Assembly (NCBI GenBank): GCA_038087875.1
Contig: CM075991.1
Span: forward strand, 1,922,001-1,986,000
DNA: 64,000 nucleotides
Direction of reading: 5' to 3'
From: Malacoraja senta
Lineage: Eukaryota
Shown: positions 25,106 through 37,321 of the stretch, in pieces
How the letters are laid out: each line of letters opens with the position of its first letter
Numbering within the stretch: the first letter of the stretch is position 1
The notes under the pieces: generated by a model
What the model was told of the DNA's origin: nothing
What the model saw: the letters and a program-made list of their open reading frames with translations, nothing else
The model's database searches: none
Position numbers and translations under genes: made by a program

Positions 25106-25746
25106 ATGGGCCTAATTTTTGTTATTTTTATTAAAATAAATAAAACCATTAACTGATTACATTCAAATGTTGTGGTTATGCATTGTTGATTGTGCTTACT
25201 CAAATAGAGTCAATCAGTGCAGTGAACACCTGGATTTGAATCCACGGTGTGAAATCACAGAGCTTTGAAATCTTCACGTAGTCACTCACGTGACTCCGAA
25301 GTAAAATAGTAAGATTAAACGAGAACTTACCAAGTTTGAAGTTTGATCTTTATTTTATGAGGAGTAACATTGAGGGATTACGTGCCCTCCGCTCCCACCC
25401 TCATAAAAGGATCAAGCTGGTAGTTCTAAGTCTTTATGCATCTTACTATCATACTTCAGTAATTATCGTCTGTGATTGTCACTCCGCTGCTTTGAAAGAT
25501 TGACGTGTGTGCGGCTGGACGGGGCTTCTTCATGTAATCCCTCAACGTTACTCCTCATAAAATAAAGATCAAACTTCAAACTTGGTAAGTTCTTGTTTAA
25601 TCTTACTATTTAATCTTATGTTTCTCCAGTTAATTCAAATAGAAAACAACAGGCCGACTTCCGCTAAAATCCGAGAAAAACGGGAGAAAAATAACGGACC
25701 GACCTGCAGAGATCGCCGCGGCAGCTTGAGTGACGTCATCAGACTG

Positions 25747-28700
25747 CGACTCCGGAGATCCAATGTCGGTAAAGCACTCCCCCCCCAAAGGGACCGGCTA
25801 AAAAACCCGTAAAGGGCAAACAACCGGTGGAAGAAGCAGGCCCGACTGAAGCCTCGGGCTCAGTTTCAACGTCGTCCCAGGAGGATGTTTCAAAGGGCCA
25901 GAAGACAAAGACAAAGAAAAGTGAAATGGAGGAACTTTGCATCCTTATCACAAAGGAAACTGCAAGTATAAGAGAAGAATTGATAAACTTTAAAAAAGAA
26001 ATAAACATTAAAGAAATACTGAAATGTTTTAAAAAAGAAATTAAAGAAGAACTCTTAGATTTTGAAGATAAAATCACGAATTTTGTCCGTGAAGAACTGG
26101 CTACCATGAAATATGAAATGTCTGCAAATCTCGATTTACAAATCAAAGAAGTAAACGAGAAAATTAAGCCGATTGAATCCAACCTTAATGCTAGGTTGGA
26201 TCCTGCCTTCACCGCAATAAATCAACAAACTGAAGCCATAACTCAATTGGAGTCAATTGCCGAAACGAGCTCTGACACTACAAATACACTTCTCGCCGAG
26301 AACAAGCATTTATCAGACTTACTGCATAAAGTAACTGAAAAATGTATTGACTTGGAGGGACGTCAGAGACGTCAGAATTTAAGAATTGTTGGCGTTCGAG
26401 AAGGTAAAGACGGAACTAAAGATCTCCGAGACTTTGCCGCAGACTTATTTAAAAAAGTCTTGAATTTAGATCAAATGCTTTTATTAGGCCGGGCACACAG
26501 AGTTCTGGGACGTCGCTCGGACCTGAATGCCCCCCCAAGGCAACTGATAGTGAAGGTGCAATTTGATCATGTTTTGGATGATATCATGAAAAAAATTGCT
26601 GGCACCAGAAATCTTCTGTTTGAGGGAGACAAAATTAGCATATTTAGAGATTATCCTGCAGAGGTGGTCAGAAGGAAAGCGTTATTCACCGAGACAAGAG
26701 GGATTCTTGAGAAGATAGACAACTTGAGATATGGACTGCTGTACCCTGCAAGATTGAGAGTCACCTATAAGCAGAAGGAACATATTTTCACTAATCACGA
26801 GGAAGCATTGGCGTTCGCCCAGAATATCGTGGACTCGAGGGATGATTGAATAATATTCATATGATATCTTCATCTTGCTGAGAATAAATGGTACTTTATA
26901 CCGCTTTACTCAAGGACTAATGAAAGCTGATAACGACAGCTGAGCAAACCTTCTTGTTATGGACATATTTTAAAAATATTTTAGTACTAATTATTACTAA
27001 CAATTACTAATTATTAAGAATAATTATGATTATTATTAGAATAATTAGTTAAAAATATGAATTGTAAACAAGGTATAATCTAGGTATTTTATTAATACAA
27101 ACTTGGTATGTTTTTTCTTTTTTTTTCTCAATCAGACTAACATTTGACTAATACTTAGCCAAGAGAGTAATAGTTTCTCATTACATGATTACTAATCTTT
27201 TGGACCAAAATAGTTCTAATATCAATCCCGTAAATTACTTTTATTGATTTTTTTTTTACTATAGCGTGGAGCTAGTAATAATTTTTTATAAGGCTACGGA
27301 AGTCCTTAGATGGCCAACCACGCTAGTGTGGCTATCACTAACTACACTAATTGTAGATGTAGTTTCTTCTTTTTTTCTTGCACTTTACTAACCCTTTATT
27401 TTTTTACTTTCTTTATTTTTTACTTAATTACTATCTTAAATTTGAATTGAATTATAAGTATTATTTATGGAGATATGTCCGTGAGGAAGATCTATTAGAT
27501 TTAAAACTCATCTGTCTTGTGTTCGGGTGGAATGTCTGGTTTACTGTGCTGAGCTATCTGCTCTTTTATGGACTACCCTAACCACAAGATGCAAGACGTT
27601 AATAGAAAAAACGGGGTTCAATGAATTACTTTTTGTAGCTGGAACGTTAAGGGAATTAATGAACCAATCAAGAGAGGTAAAGTATTAGCACACTTATATA
27701 ACCATATAACCATTACAGCTCGGAAACAGGCCATCTCGGCCCTTCAAGTCCGTGCCGAACATTTTTATTTTTTTTATTTTTTAAATTAATTTAAAATAAA
27801 TACTCCCCCCTAGTCCCATCTACCTGCACTCAGACCATAACCCTCCATTCCTTTCCCGTCCATATACCCATCCAATATATTTTTAAAGGATAAAATCGAA
27901 CCAGCCTCCACCACTTCCACTGGAAGCTCATTCCACACAGCTACCACTCTCTGAGTAAAGAAGTTCCCCCTAATGTTACCCTAAACTTCTGTCCCTTAAT
28001 TCTCAAGTCATGTCCCCTTGTTTGAATCTTCCCTACTCTCAATGGAAAAAGCTTATCCACGTCAACTCTGTCTAACCCGCTCATAATTTTAAAGACCTCT
28101 ATCAAGTCCCCTCTTAACCTTCTGCGCTCCAAAGAATAAAGACCTACTTAAAGTCACTCAATGCAGATATAACATTTCTTCAAGAAACACACCTTAAAAA
28201 CGAAGCACAACATAGATTGAAAGCAAAATGGATTGCTGAAACATATCATTCTTCATTCTCCCATAAGGCCAGAGGGGTCACAATTTTAATCCGTAAAGGT
28301 ATACCTTTTAAACATATATCAACTATTGCGGACATTAATGGTAGATATATTATACTAGTGGGTGAATTATATCTAAAAAAAGTGATTCTTCTCAATATTT
28401 ATGGACCAAATTTTGACAACCCTTTGTTTTTTAAGAATACACTTAATACTATCCCGGAACTCACACAACAACATTTGATAATTGGTGGAGATTTAAATTT
28501 TACACTAGATTCTTATCTAGTTAGATCATCAAGACAAAGAAAAGTAAAATCCAAGACAAGCAAATTATTAAATTCATACATTAATACTACTAATATTAAA
28601 TTCATACATTAATACTACTAATACTACTTTTCCCATTTACTTATAATTCGAAATATCATAATATTATAATTTCGGACCATGCTCCTTTAATATTTATGAT

Positions 28701-29721
28701 CAAAGTAAGTGGAATGACTGAGAAGCAGACACAATGGAGACTTAATCCTCAAATTTTAAATGATAAAGCATGTTACGAATATCTTATCACACAGATAAAT
28801 ATGTTTTTCAAGACCAATGACTGCCCTGAAATATCTGCCTCCCTCCTTTGGGAAACATTTAAAGCATTTATACGAGGAGCAAGCCTTTTATAGTAAAGAG
28901 AATCGCGCCAAACAACAGGTATTCGAAATGGAAATAAGGCAATTAGATATGGAAAATGCAATCGCGCCCTCTACGATAATACATAATAAAATAGCTGCAC
29001 TCAAATAGAAGTGAAACCAAATATATTCAGATCAAATCATAAAACGTTATCAAAATATTAAACAACTATACTTTGAGTTCGGTGATAAACCACAAAAACT
29101 ACTAGCACGTCAACTCCGGAAACAGGAAGGGGAAAAAACAATTTATAAAATCAGATCAGATACGGGAGAAATACTAACATTACCCAAGGATATTAATGAT
29201 AGATTTTCTCAATACTATCAAACACTTTACTCAACCAAAACGACAGTGTGTTCTGCAGGAATGGAATCATTTTTTACAGAAATGTAATCTTACAGGTTTA
29301 GATCTGAAAGAGAGGGAATTATTATGGGCTGAAATATCAGTAAAAGATATTGAAGAATCTATTAGATCTTTAAACAACGGAAAGGCCGCTGGCCCTGAAG
29401 GTTTAAATAGTGAATTTTATTAAAAATTTCATGATCTCATCTCCCCACGCCTGCAGACATTATATACTCATGCCTTCATGCAACAGAAACTACCAGAAAC
29501 TTTAAATTAATCAACAATATTACTTATACCCAAAATGGATAAGGACCCTGGAGACCCAGGTTCATATAGAGCAATTGCTCCCTTAAACACTGATCAGAAA
29601 ATATTAACCAACATTTTAGCCCATAGATTAAGTTTAGTGATCCATAAATTAATACATCCCGATCAAACAGGCTTTATTCCAAAATGCTATTCATATTATA
29701 ATCTGAGACGATTCTTTAACA
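25747..29721 (+). mobile_element. L1-clade LINE (copy 2) with CR1 insert at 27697-28145
   Basis: Duplicate of 1-4030. Confidence 0.92.
25827..26849 (+). CDS. L1 ORF1p (coiled coil, RRM, CTD), open for 340 aa
   Basis: DLEGRQRRQNLRIVGVRE, RAHR, IFRDYP, LLYPARL. Confidence 0.85.
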   Translation: MEEAGPTEASGSVSTSSQEDVSKGQKTKTKKSEMEELCILITKETASIREELINFKKEINIKEILKCFKKEIKEELLDFEDKITNFVREELATMKYEMSANLDLQIKEVNEKIKPIESNLNARLDPAFTAINQQTEAITQLESIAETSSDTTNTLLAENKHLSDLLHKVTEKCIDLEGRQRRQNLRIVGVREGKDGTKDLRDFAADLFKKVLNLDQMLLLGRAHRVLGRRSDLNAPPRQLIVKVQFDHVLDDIMKKIAGTRNLLFEGDKISIFRDYPAEVVRRKALFTETRGILEKIDNLRYGLLYPARLRVTYKQKEHIFTNHEEALAFAQNIVDSRDD

Positions 29722-30180
29722 TTTTACTTCGGAGTCACGTAAGTGACTACGTGAAGAAGACCCGTCAGGGCACATGCACGTCATTACGTCAGTCGCATTG
29801 GCGCAGACAGGCTGGGAGGAACAGAGTCCTCCAGCGGTAAGTTTGCAAAATCCTGCAGGTAAGTTAAACTTACTTTTCAGGTTGTCCGTTGCAGGAATCT
29901 CTTCTCGCAGGTTCCTGCTGAATATCGAATTGAGCATAACCCGGTGGACCGCGGGGAAATTGTTGACCGCGGGGATGCCGGCTTCAGACTGCGGGTGTGC
30001 GGTAGCAGGCGGCCGGTGGGTTTTGCTGGTTGAGTCGCGGACAGAGCGGTCCACGACTCCCGAGGTTTATTTCGGGCCGCGGGGTTTTGTCGACCGCGGG
30101 TTATGCAAGCTACCGTCACTGCGGTGGCTGTTGGGCTTGTTGTTTCGAGTCCCTGACAGGCAGGTCAGCGACTCCCGAGA
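29722..30180 (+). mobile_element. DIRS1-like left-end fragment (duplicate of 4031-4490)
   Basis: Same TTTTACTTCGGAGTCAC terminus. Confidence 0.85.
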
Positions 30181-32379
30181 TGTGTTTTAAATATGGGCGT
30201 TTGATAGTGTGTGTTTGGAATGAGCTGCCAGAGGCTGGTATAATTATAATGTTTACAAGACAACATCGATGGAACGGAAAGATTTGGAGAGACACGGGCC
30301 AAATGTGAGCGACTGGGACTTTCTCAAGTAGACTCCTTGTTCAGCATGGACGAGTTGGCCCGAAGGGCCTGTTCTGTGCTGTATAAGGTGAGACTCCATG
30401 CACAATATTCATTGTCGTTGCTTATTGCCCCTGAAGTGAGGGGGCAAATGGGCATACACCATGTTGGTGGGTCTGGACTCACAAAGTCATAGACTCCTCG
30501 AGCTTGGACCAGCACCTCCACACCCATCATTTCCATCAAACTGTGTAGGAAGGAACTGCAGGTGCTGGTTTAAAACCGAAGATAGACACAAACTACTGGA
30601 GTAACTGAGCGGGACAGACAGCATCTCTGTAGGGAAAGAATGGTTGATGATTCATTTCGAGACCCTTCTTCAGTCTGATATAATAAACAATAATAAATCT
30701 AAACCGAAATACCCTTCCTATACCCTTGGAGCGCCGCACGGCTCGGTGCTGGGACCCAGTTAATCACACTATATATTATCGATTTAGACGAAGGAATTAA
30801 ATGTGACATCTCCAAGTTTGCATATGACACAAAGCTGGGTGGCAGTGTGAGCTGCGAGGAAGATGCTATGAGGCTGCAGGGTGACTTGGATAGGTTGGGT
30901 GAGTGGGCAGATGCAAGGCAAATGCAGTAGAATGTGGATAAATGTGAGGTTATCCACTTTGGTGGCAAGAACAGGAAGGCAGATTAATATCTGAATGGTG
31001 TCAGATTAAGAAAAGTGGAGATGCAATGAGACCTGGGGGTCCTTGTACATCAGTCACTGAAATGTAAGCATGCAGGTACAGCAGGCAGTGAAGAAAGCTA
31101 ATGACATGTTGGCCTTCATTGTGAGAGGATTTGAGTAGAGGAACAAGGAGGTCCTACTGCAGTTGTACAAGGCCCTGGTGAGACCGCACCTGGAGTATTG
31201 TGTGCTGTTTTGGTCTCCTAATTTGAGGAAGGACATTCTTACTGTTGAGGGAGTGCAGCACAGGTTCACCAAGTTAATTCCTGGGATGGCGGGACTGACA
31301 TATGATGAAAGAATGGAATGACTGGACTTATATTCACTGGAATTTAGAAGGATGAGAGGGGATGTAAATGTCCCCTGGTGCTAGAAGAAGTCTGAAGAAG
31401 GTTCTCGACCCAAAACGTCACCCATTCCATCGCTCCAGAGACGCTGCCTGTCCCGATGAGTTACTCCAGCTTTTTGTGTCTATCTTCGGTTTAAACCAGC
31501 ATCTGCAGTTCCTTCCTACACATTAAGTACGGTATTATCTGGTCTGGTTGGGGAGCCTTCAACCACGTTTTTCACTGTACTTTAGTAGGTGTCAATATTA
31601 AACCTGAAGCTAAACCTAAAGCTGTGATGAAACAGCAGGCCGTGATCAACCCCAGCTTATGTTAATAACATAGCTTCCTGTACAGGCTCTGAAACAACAG
31701 CTGGGTGGAAACCCTGCCACAAAAAACATCTGAAAGAACCCAAACGAGCAAAGGAATTAAACGAGAACATTCTGTGCTCAATAAGTCACGTTGTTCCGGC
31801 TGAGAAGCCAAGAGCGCATTCCTTTAAATGTCACAAACACTTCCAGTTTAGTTTAGTTCAGAGATATACGACGTGCAAACAGGCCCTACGGCCCACCGAG
31901 TCCGCACCGACCAGCGATCGCCCGTACACCAGTTCCATCCTACACATTGGAGACAATTTACAGAAGCCAATTATTAAACTACAAACCTGCACCACTTTGG
32001 GATGTGGGAGGAAACCGGAGCACCCGGGGAAAACTCACGTGGTCACAGGGAGAAGGTACAAACTCCATTCAGACAGCACCCGTACTCAGGATCGAACCTG
32101 GGTCTCTGGCGCTGTGAGGCAGCAACTCTACCATAACGCCACTGTGCCACCCTAAATTGCCAAGCATTTTCTGGCTCATGGTCTCTGAACTGAAGATGGA
32201 GCCAGCTTTGCTCTTAGTGTACGTCACATTGTGACATTAGCTTAACGTTGCAGAATCTGGATTTTATTTATTATTGTCAAGTACGCTGAGACACGGTGAA
32301 AAACATTGTTGTTGCATGCTATTCTGTAAGTCGGATTGGAGTTTGCATGTTCGCCCTGTGACCACGTGGGTTTCCTCCC

Positions 32380-33090
32380 CTCCATTGACTCCATCTACAC
32401 CTCACGCTGCCTTGGCAAGGCCAGCAGCATAATCAGGGACCAGTCTCGCTCAGTCACTCCCTCTTTTCCCCTCTCCCATTAGGCAAGAGGTATTGAAGTG
32501 TGAAAACGCACACCTCCATACCACTCCCTCTCTCCCTATCCCTCCCCCTTCCCAGTTCTCCGACAAGTCGGACATTTTATCTCTGTTTGCTTTGCTGTTA
32601 CCATCTCCTAGCTAACAATGATCTAGTCTACATGTTCCTTGATCGCCATCCCCTTTGTCTCATTTTCACACCTTACATTTCCTTATCTCTATCTCCCGCT
32701 CCCCTGATTCAGTCTGAAGAAGGATCTCGACCCGAAACATCACCTGTTCCTTCTATCCAGAGACGCTGCCTGTCCCGCTGTTACTCCAGCGTTTTGTGTC
32801 TAACCCCAGATTCAGAGACAGTTTCTTCCCTGCTGTTATCAGGCAACTGAGCCATCCTACTAACAACACGAGCGCAGTCCTGACCTACTATCTACCTCAT
32901 TGGAGACCTTTGACCTATCTTCAATCTGACTTTTCTGCACTAAATGTTATATCTTGCACAAATGTTGTACTTTTATCCTTTATGTGTGGACTGTGAATGG
33001 CTTATGGTATTTATTTTAAGTCTTTTCTTTGACTGGATAGCATGCAAAGAAAAGCTTTCCACTCTACCACGATACTCATGACAATAATAA
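32380..33090 (+). mobile_element. Rex1-like LINE 3' fragment interrupted by a Penelope end (32523-32802)
   Basis: KASSIIRD...LFSPLP...RFRDSFFPAVIR C-terminus; tail ending TGACAATAA. Confidence 0.6.
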
Positions 33091-33769
33091 ACTAAAAAAG
33101 GGTCTCGACCTGAAACGTCACCCAATCCTTCTCTCCAGAGACACTGCCTGTCCCGCTGAGTTACTCCACCATTTTGTGTCTATCTTCAAACTAAAACCAA
33201 ACTAGCGTGAACGAGCTATCGAAGATGGCCGTGGATTTGATGGGCTGATGGGCCTGTTTCCATGTTTTATCTCGAAACTAAACTAAAAACTCAGTAACTC
33301 AGTAACTCAGCGGGTCAGGCAGCATCTCTGGAGAAAGGGAACAGGCAACGTTTTGGGTCAAGAGTTCAAGAGAGTTTTATTATCATGTGTCCCTGATAGG
33401 ACAATGACATTCTTGCTTTGCTTCAGCACACCAGGATATAGAAGGCAAGAATACAGAACAGATCAGTCTGCTAATGCTTTAGATGTATATAAATAAACTG
33501 ATAAAGAGCAAATAAACAGATTACGGGCTACTACTGTTCAGAATTTTGTCCGAGCCGAGTTTAACAGCCTGATGGTTGTGGGGAAGTAGCTATTCCTGAA
33601 CCTGGTCGTTGCAGTCTTCAGGCTCATGTACCTTCTACCTGAAGGTAGTGGGGAGATGAGTGTGTGGCCCAGATGGTGTGGGTCCCTTATGATACTGCCA
33701 GCCTTTTTGAGGTCGAGACCCTTCTTCAGACTATTTTGTTTCTGCGTGATGCTGGCCTGGTACTCATCT

Positions 33770-33998
33770 GTGGGACCATGGTCCAGGGGTAAGTAGGAGG
33801 AGGTGTCTGTGAGCTGGCCCGTCCTCAGTCTGGTCGAGGTCAGCTCGCCAGACTACCACGGCACCTCCCTTGTAAGCGGGTTTGATGAGAATGTCGGGGT
33901 TACTGCAGAGTGAGCAGGGGGCTGTGGGTTCAGAGGGGGTGAGGTTAGTGTAGGTAAAGGGAGTGGTTGAGCCAAGACGGTTGATGTCACACCGGCAG
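33770..33998 (-). mobile_element. Penelope-like ORF fragment
   Basis: NPDILIKPAYKGGAVVVW resembles the IKPADKG motif upstream of the RT. Confidence 0.65.
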
Positions 33999-33999
33999 T

Positions 34000-34338
34000 T
34001 AGAAACATAGAAACATAGAAAATACGTGCCATTCAGCCCTTCGAGCCAGCACTGCCATTCAATATGATCATGGCTGATCATCCAGAATCAGTACCCCATT
34101 CCTGCTTTCTCACCAGATCCCTTGATTCCGTTAGCCCTAAGAGCTAAATCTAACTCTCTGTTCAATACATTCAGTGAATTGGCCTCCACTGCCTTCTGTG
34201 TAAGAGAATTCCACAGATTTACAACTCTCGGGGTGAAAAAGTTTTTCCTCATCTCAGTCCTAAATGGCCTACCCCTTATTCTTAAACTGTGTGACCCCTG
34301 GTTCTGAACTCCCCCAACATCGGGAACATTTTTCCTGA
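34000..34338 (-). mobile_element. CR1 3' fragment
   Basis: FRTEMRKNFF...VVNLWNSL; (TTTCTATG)n tail. Confidence 0.88.
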
Positions 34339-35089
34339 AAATTAGAAAGGTCTGAAGAAGGGTCTCTACCCGAAACATCACCAATGCCTTTTCGCCAGGG
34401 ATGCTGCCTGACCCGCTGCATGGCTCCAGCATTTTGCGTCTATCTTCGGTGTAAACCAGCATCTGCAGTTCCTTCCTACCCTATAAGTCCTATAGATAGA
34501 CACAGAAAGCTGGAGTAACTCAGTGGGTCAGATAGCATCTCTGGAGAAAAGGAATAGGTGACGTTTCGGGTTGAGACCCTTCTTAAGACCTTCAGTTCCT
34601 TCCGACACTTCAAGTCCGATGTTTGGTGACTACTTCTTCCTGCAGTCTCCAGATGGCAGTATCGCTCCACAGCATCCTGGTCACCATCCCACACTGCAAG
34701 CCTCCTGGACCAGCAGTCATTGGAAACACAGTGGAGAATGCCTCCACAGTGGACCAGCCTATCCCATGCAACTGAGAACTACTGCAAACCACTCATGAAA
34801 TCTCCTTGCTATATCAAAGAACCTTTATTGAGCCATCTATCTCAAGGCAGAATGCAGCACTCTCTCAAGATTAGTTTAGTTTAGTTTAGTTTAGTTTAGT
34901 TTAGTTTAGTTTAGTTGGAGATCCAGTGTGGAAACAGAGGCCTTTTAGCCTATCGAGTGCTTGCAAACCCATAATCACCCATACACTAGCTCAATCCTAC
35001 AAACTAGGGACAATTTACAATTGACAGAAGCCACTTAATCCACAAACCCACACGTCATTGGAAAGTGGGAGGTAACTGGACTATATCCT

Positions 35090-36033
35090 ATCACCTAGTG
35101 GTCATTCCCAAGAATACCAAATGTCAATTGTAGTGAAAAACCTTAGGGATTGTAACATCCAGTCCTACTAATCAATCTGAACATCTGGATGAAACCAGTG
35201 ACCGCTGCGAAAGGGCAGCTGACAACCAGGAAAAGACCTCGTGACAGCCTGGAGAGACTGCTGACCGGAGGGAATAGACCTCACCGAGGCTGGCATGGGC
35301 TAGCTCCTCATGCCCGCAGGATCCATCGCTAATCAGCATTGTGGATCCACCCTTATATTGCTACGGAAGGAATCGACTATGAATAAGACAACTAGCACAG
35401 CAATTGACAGAGCAGCAGCACCGGCAGGACATAAGCTACGAAGCTGCATCTGTGGCTGGGAAAAGATAACATCAGAGAAGGGTCTCAAGATCCACCAGGG
35501 CAGAAAAAAGTGCCTGAGAGAGCTTGGTGAGGGGCCTCGCATTGACCATTACTTTCTAAGAGGTAGGCCAAATCAGTCGAGTGAAGCCCAGTGGCAGGTT
35601 AACCACCACAGTCCACAGGGTATCAGCACCCCAGGCGAAGCTCAACCAAGGACTGTCCCACCAACGGACACGAGTCCGGGGCCCAGCAAGCCACAGTCAG
35701 CGTTAGAGAGGAAGATGGAAGGAAAAAAGCCGAATGGAGCAGTCACTGGCTGTGGCTGAAAAGAAAAGATGCTGTCTGGGCTGCCACGTGACCATCTAGA
35801 GGCTAACCATAAGACACACACCCAGGTCTGATCACCCTATGTTGGGCCTGCCTCGACTGAGGGTGTCTTGTGATAAAAGACCGAAACACCCAGTGATGTT
35901 GAGGTACACAACTGAAGATGTGTCTGATTGGTAGCAAAATCAGCTAGTGGTCATCCCCAAGAATACCGGGTGTCAGTTGTGGTGAAAAACCTTAGAGATT
36001 GTAACATCCAGTCCTACTAATCAATAATCAATA
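35090..36033 (+). mobile_element. Internally deleted (non-autonomous) HERO-like element with 87-bp terminal direct repeats
   Basis: N-terminal zinc finger (CICG...GLKIHQGRKKC) fused to the C-terminal HWLWLKRK. 3' UTR homologous to 9690-9800. 35090-35176 is repeated at 35939-36025. Confidence 0.8.
35851..35925 (+). ncRNA. Candidate non-circularly permuted hammerhead ribozyme with kink-turn
   Basis: GGGTGT-C/ACACCC, TTGTG/CACAA, CTGAAGA, GAAA, GTCT/AGAC; C/D-type K-turn closed by CCTCGAC/GTTGAGG. Confidence 0.72.
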
Positions 36034-36220
36034 AGTGTCCTCCTATCCCCATTCTCCCCACAACTTTTGGATCAGGAGGGCACTCAGCGGTCCGGGACCC
36101 GGGGCACGACCTGCCCACTGCTGGCAGACGATGGTGAGGGGACCCGCCCCACTGGGTTGCCAACTGTCCCATATTTGCCGGGACATCCCGTATAGAGAGG
36201 CGGGGCTGGAAGGAGAAAGG

Positions 36221-37053
36221 GTAAAGTAAAGTAAAGTAAAGTAAGTTTATTTATATAGCGCCTTTCAATCAGATTACTGAAACCAAAGCGCTTCACAGAC
36301 AATTAACCATATAAATAAAAATAAAAAGGTAGAATAAAAAAGACACGACACACTATCAGAGACTCAACATGAACATCCCCCCACAGCAGAGTCGACACTC
36401 TCCACTGTGAGGGAAAGGCACCAAAATGTCCAGTCCTCCTCCCAGTCCACCCGAGATCGGGGCCAGTCCGAGGGCTCCGCAGCCAGTCGCCGCAACGGCA
36501 GCCCGATGTTGTAGACCCACCCGCCGGGAAGCTGGAACACCGGCATCGGGTTGAAAGTCCTCAGCGGCCTTGGAAGTGTCTGGAGGGGCCGCTCCCTCCC
36601 CGGAGACTGTGACGCCCGTAGTCTTCAGGCCGCGCCGGTTGGAGCTTCGACTCTGACTCCGCGGTGTTTTCGATCCAGCGCCGCCCGCCCACGGCGGGAT
36701 GCCCTCAGACTGCAGCCCGCGGCTGCTCGATGTTGGTGGTCGGCGGTCACAGCACTCCGGAGCGGCGACCCGGCAAGGCATCGCCCGCTCCGTGTTGGTG
36801 TCCCAGCGCTGCGCCGCCGAAGCTGTGGTTCCCGGCAGGAAACGCCGCTCCAGCCCGATGGAAGGCCGCATGGGGAGAGCGAAGATGCGATTCGGAGGAA
36901 AACCGCATCTCCGACCAGGTAGGACTGGAGTTGAAACAGTTTCCCCACCCCCCCACAGAGAAAGAATAGACCTCCAAAAGAAATGTTTTAGACAATAAAA
37001 AAGTTAGAGGACGGACTGCAGGCAGGCGGCCATACAAACGGCGCCCACTCCTG
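36221..37053 (-). mobile_element. GC-rich non-coding retroelement, copy B (L2-like tail)
   Basis: Same 5' motif and hairpins as 17433-18295. Tail GTGAAGCGCTTT...AAAGGCGCTATATAAATAAA(CTTTA)n. Confidence 0.7.
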
Positions 37054-37099
37054 CACATCCGCCATCAAATATATGTTTGTGGGGGTCGTGTTGTGAGAG

Positions 37100-37302
37100 G
37101 TGACCAGAAATTGGAGAATGCAATGTTCATACCACTGGGGTGTAAGCTGCCCAAGTGGAATGTGAGGTGATGTTCCTCCAGTTTGCGTGTGGCCTCACTC
37201 TGGCAATGGAGGAGGCCCAGGGCAGAAAGGTAAGTGTGGAAATGGGGAGTTGAAAGGTTTGGCAACCGGGAGATCCAGGAGACCTTGGCGGACCGAGCGC
37301 CG
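37100..37302 (-). mobile_element. Penelope GIY-YIG C-terminal fragment
   Basis: RKLEEHHLTFHLGSLHPSGMNIAFSNF. Confidence 0.8.
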
Positions 37303-37321
37303 ACCCTCTGAACAACCCCAA

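Larger units (their letters stand above)
20533..25608 (+). mobile_element. Full-length DIRS1-like tyrosine-recombinase retrotransposon, ORFs degenerate
   Basis: Inverted termini. Internal complementary region 25271-25381 pairs with both ends. gag, RT (YLDD), RNase H, methyltransferase-like and recombinase domains. Confidence 0.95.
25747..32522 (+). repeat. Duplication copy B (matches 1-6833)
   Basis: Collinear and near-identical to 1-6833. Confidence 0.95.

Noticed and set aside
25609..25760. Inverted L1 5' end or CRE-driven promoter (TGACGTCA at 25731-25738)
   Set aside because: The L1 5' boundary cannot be defined from this window, and one 8-mer is insufficient evidence.
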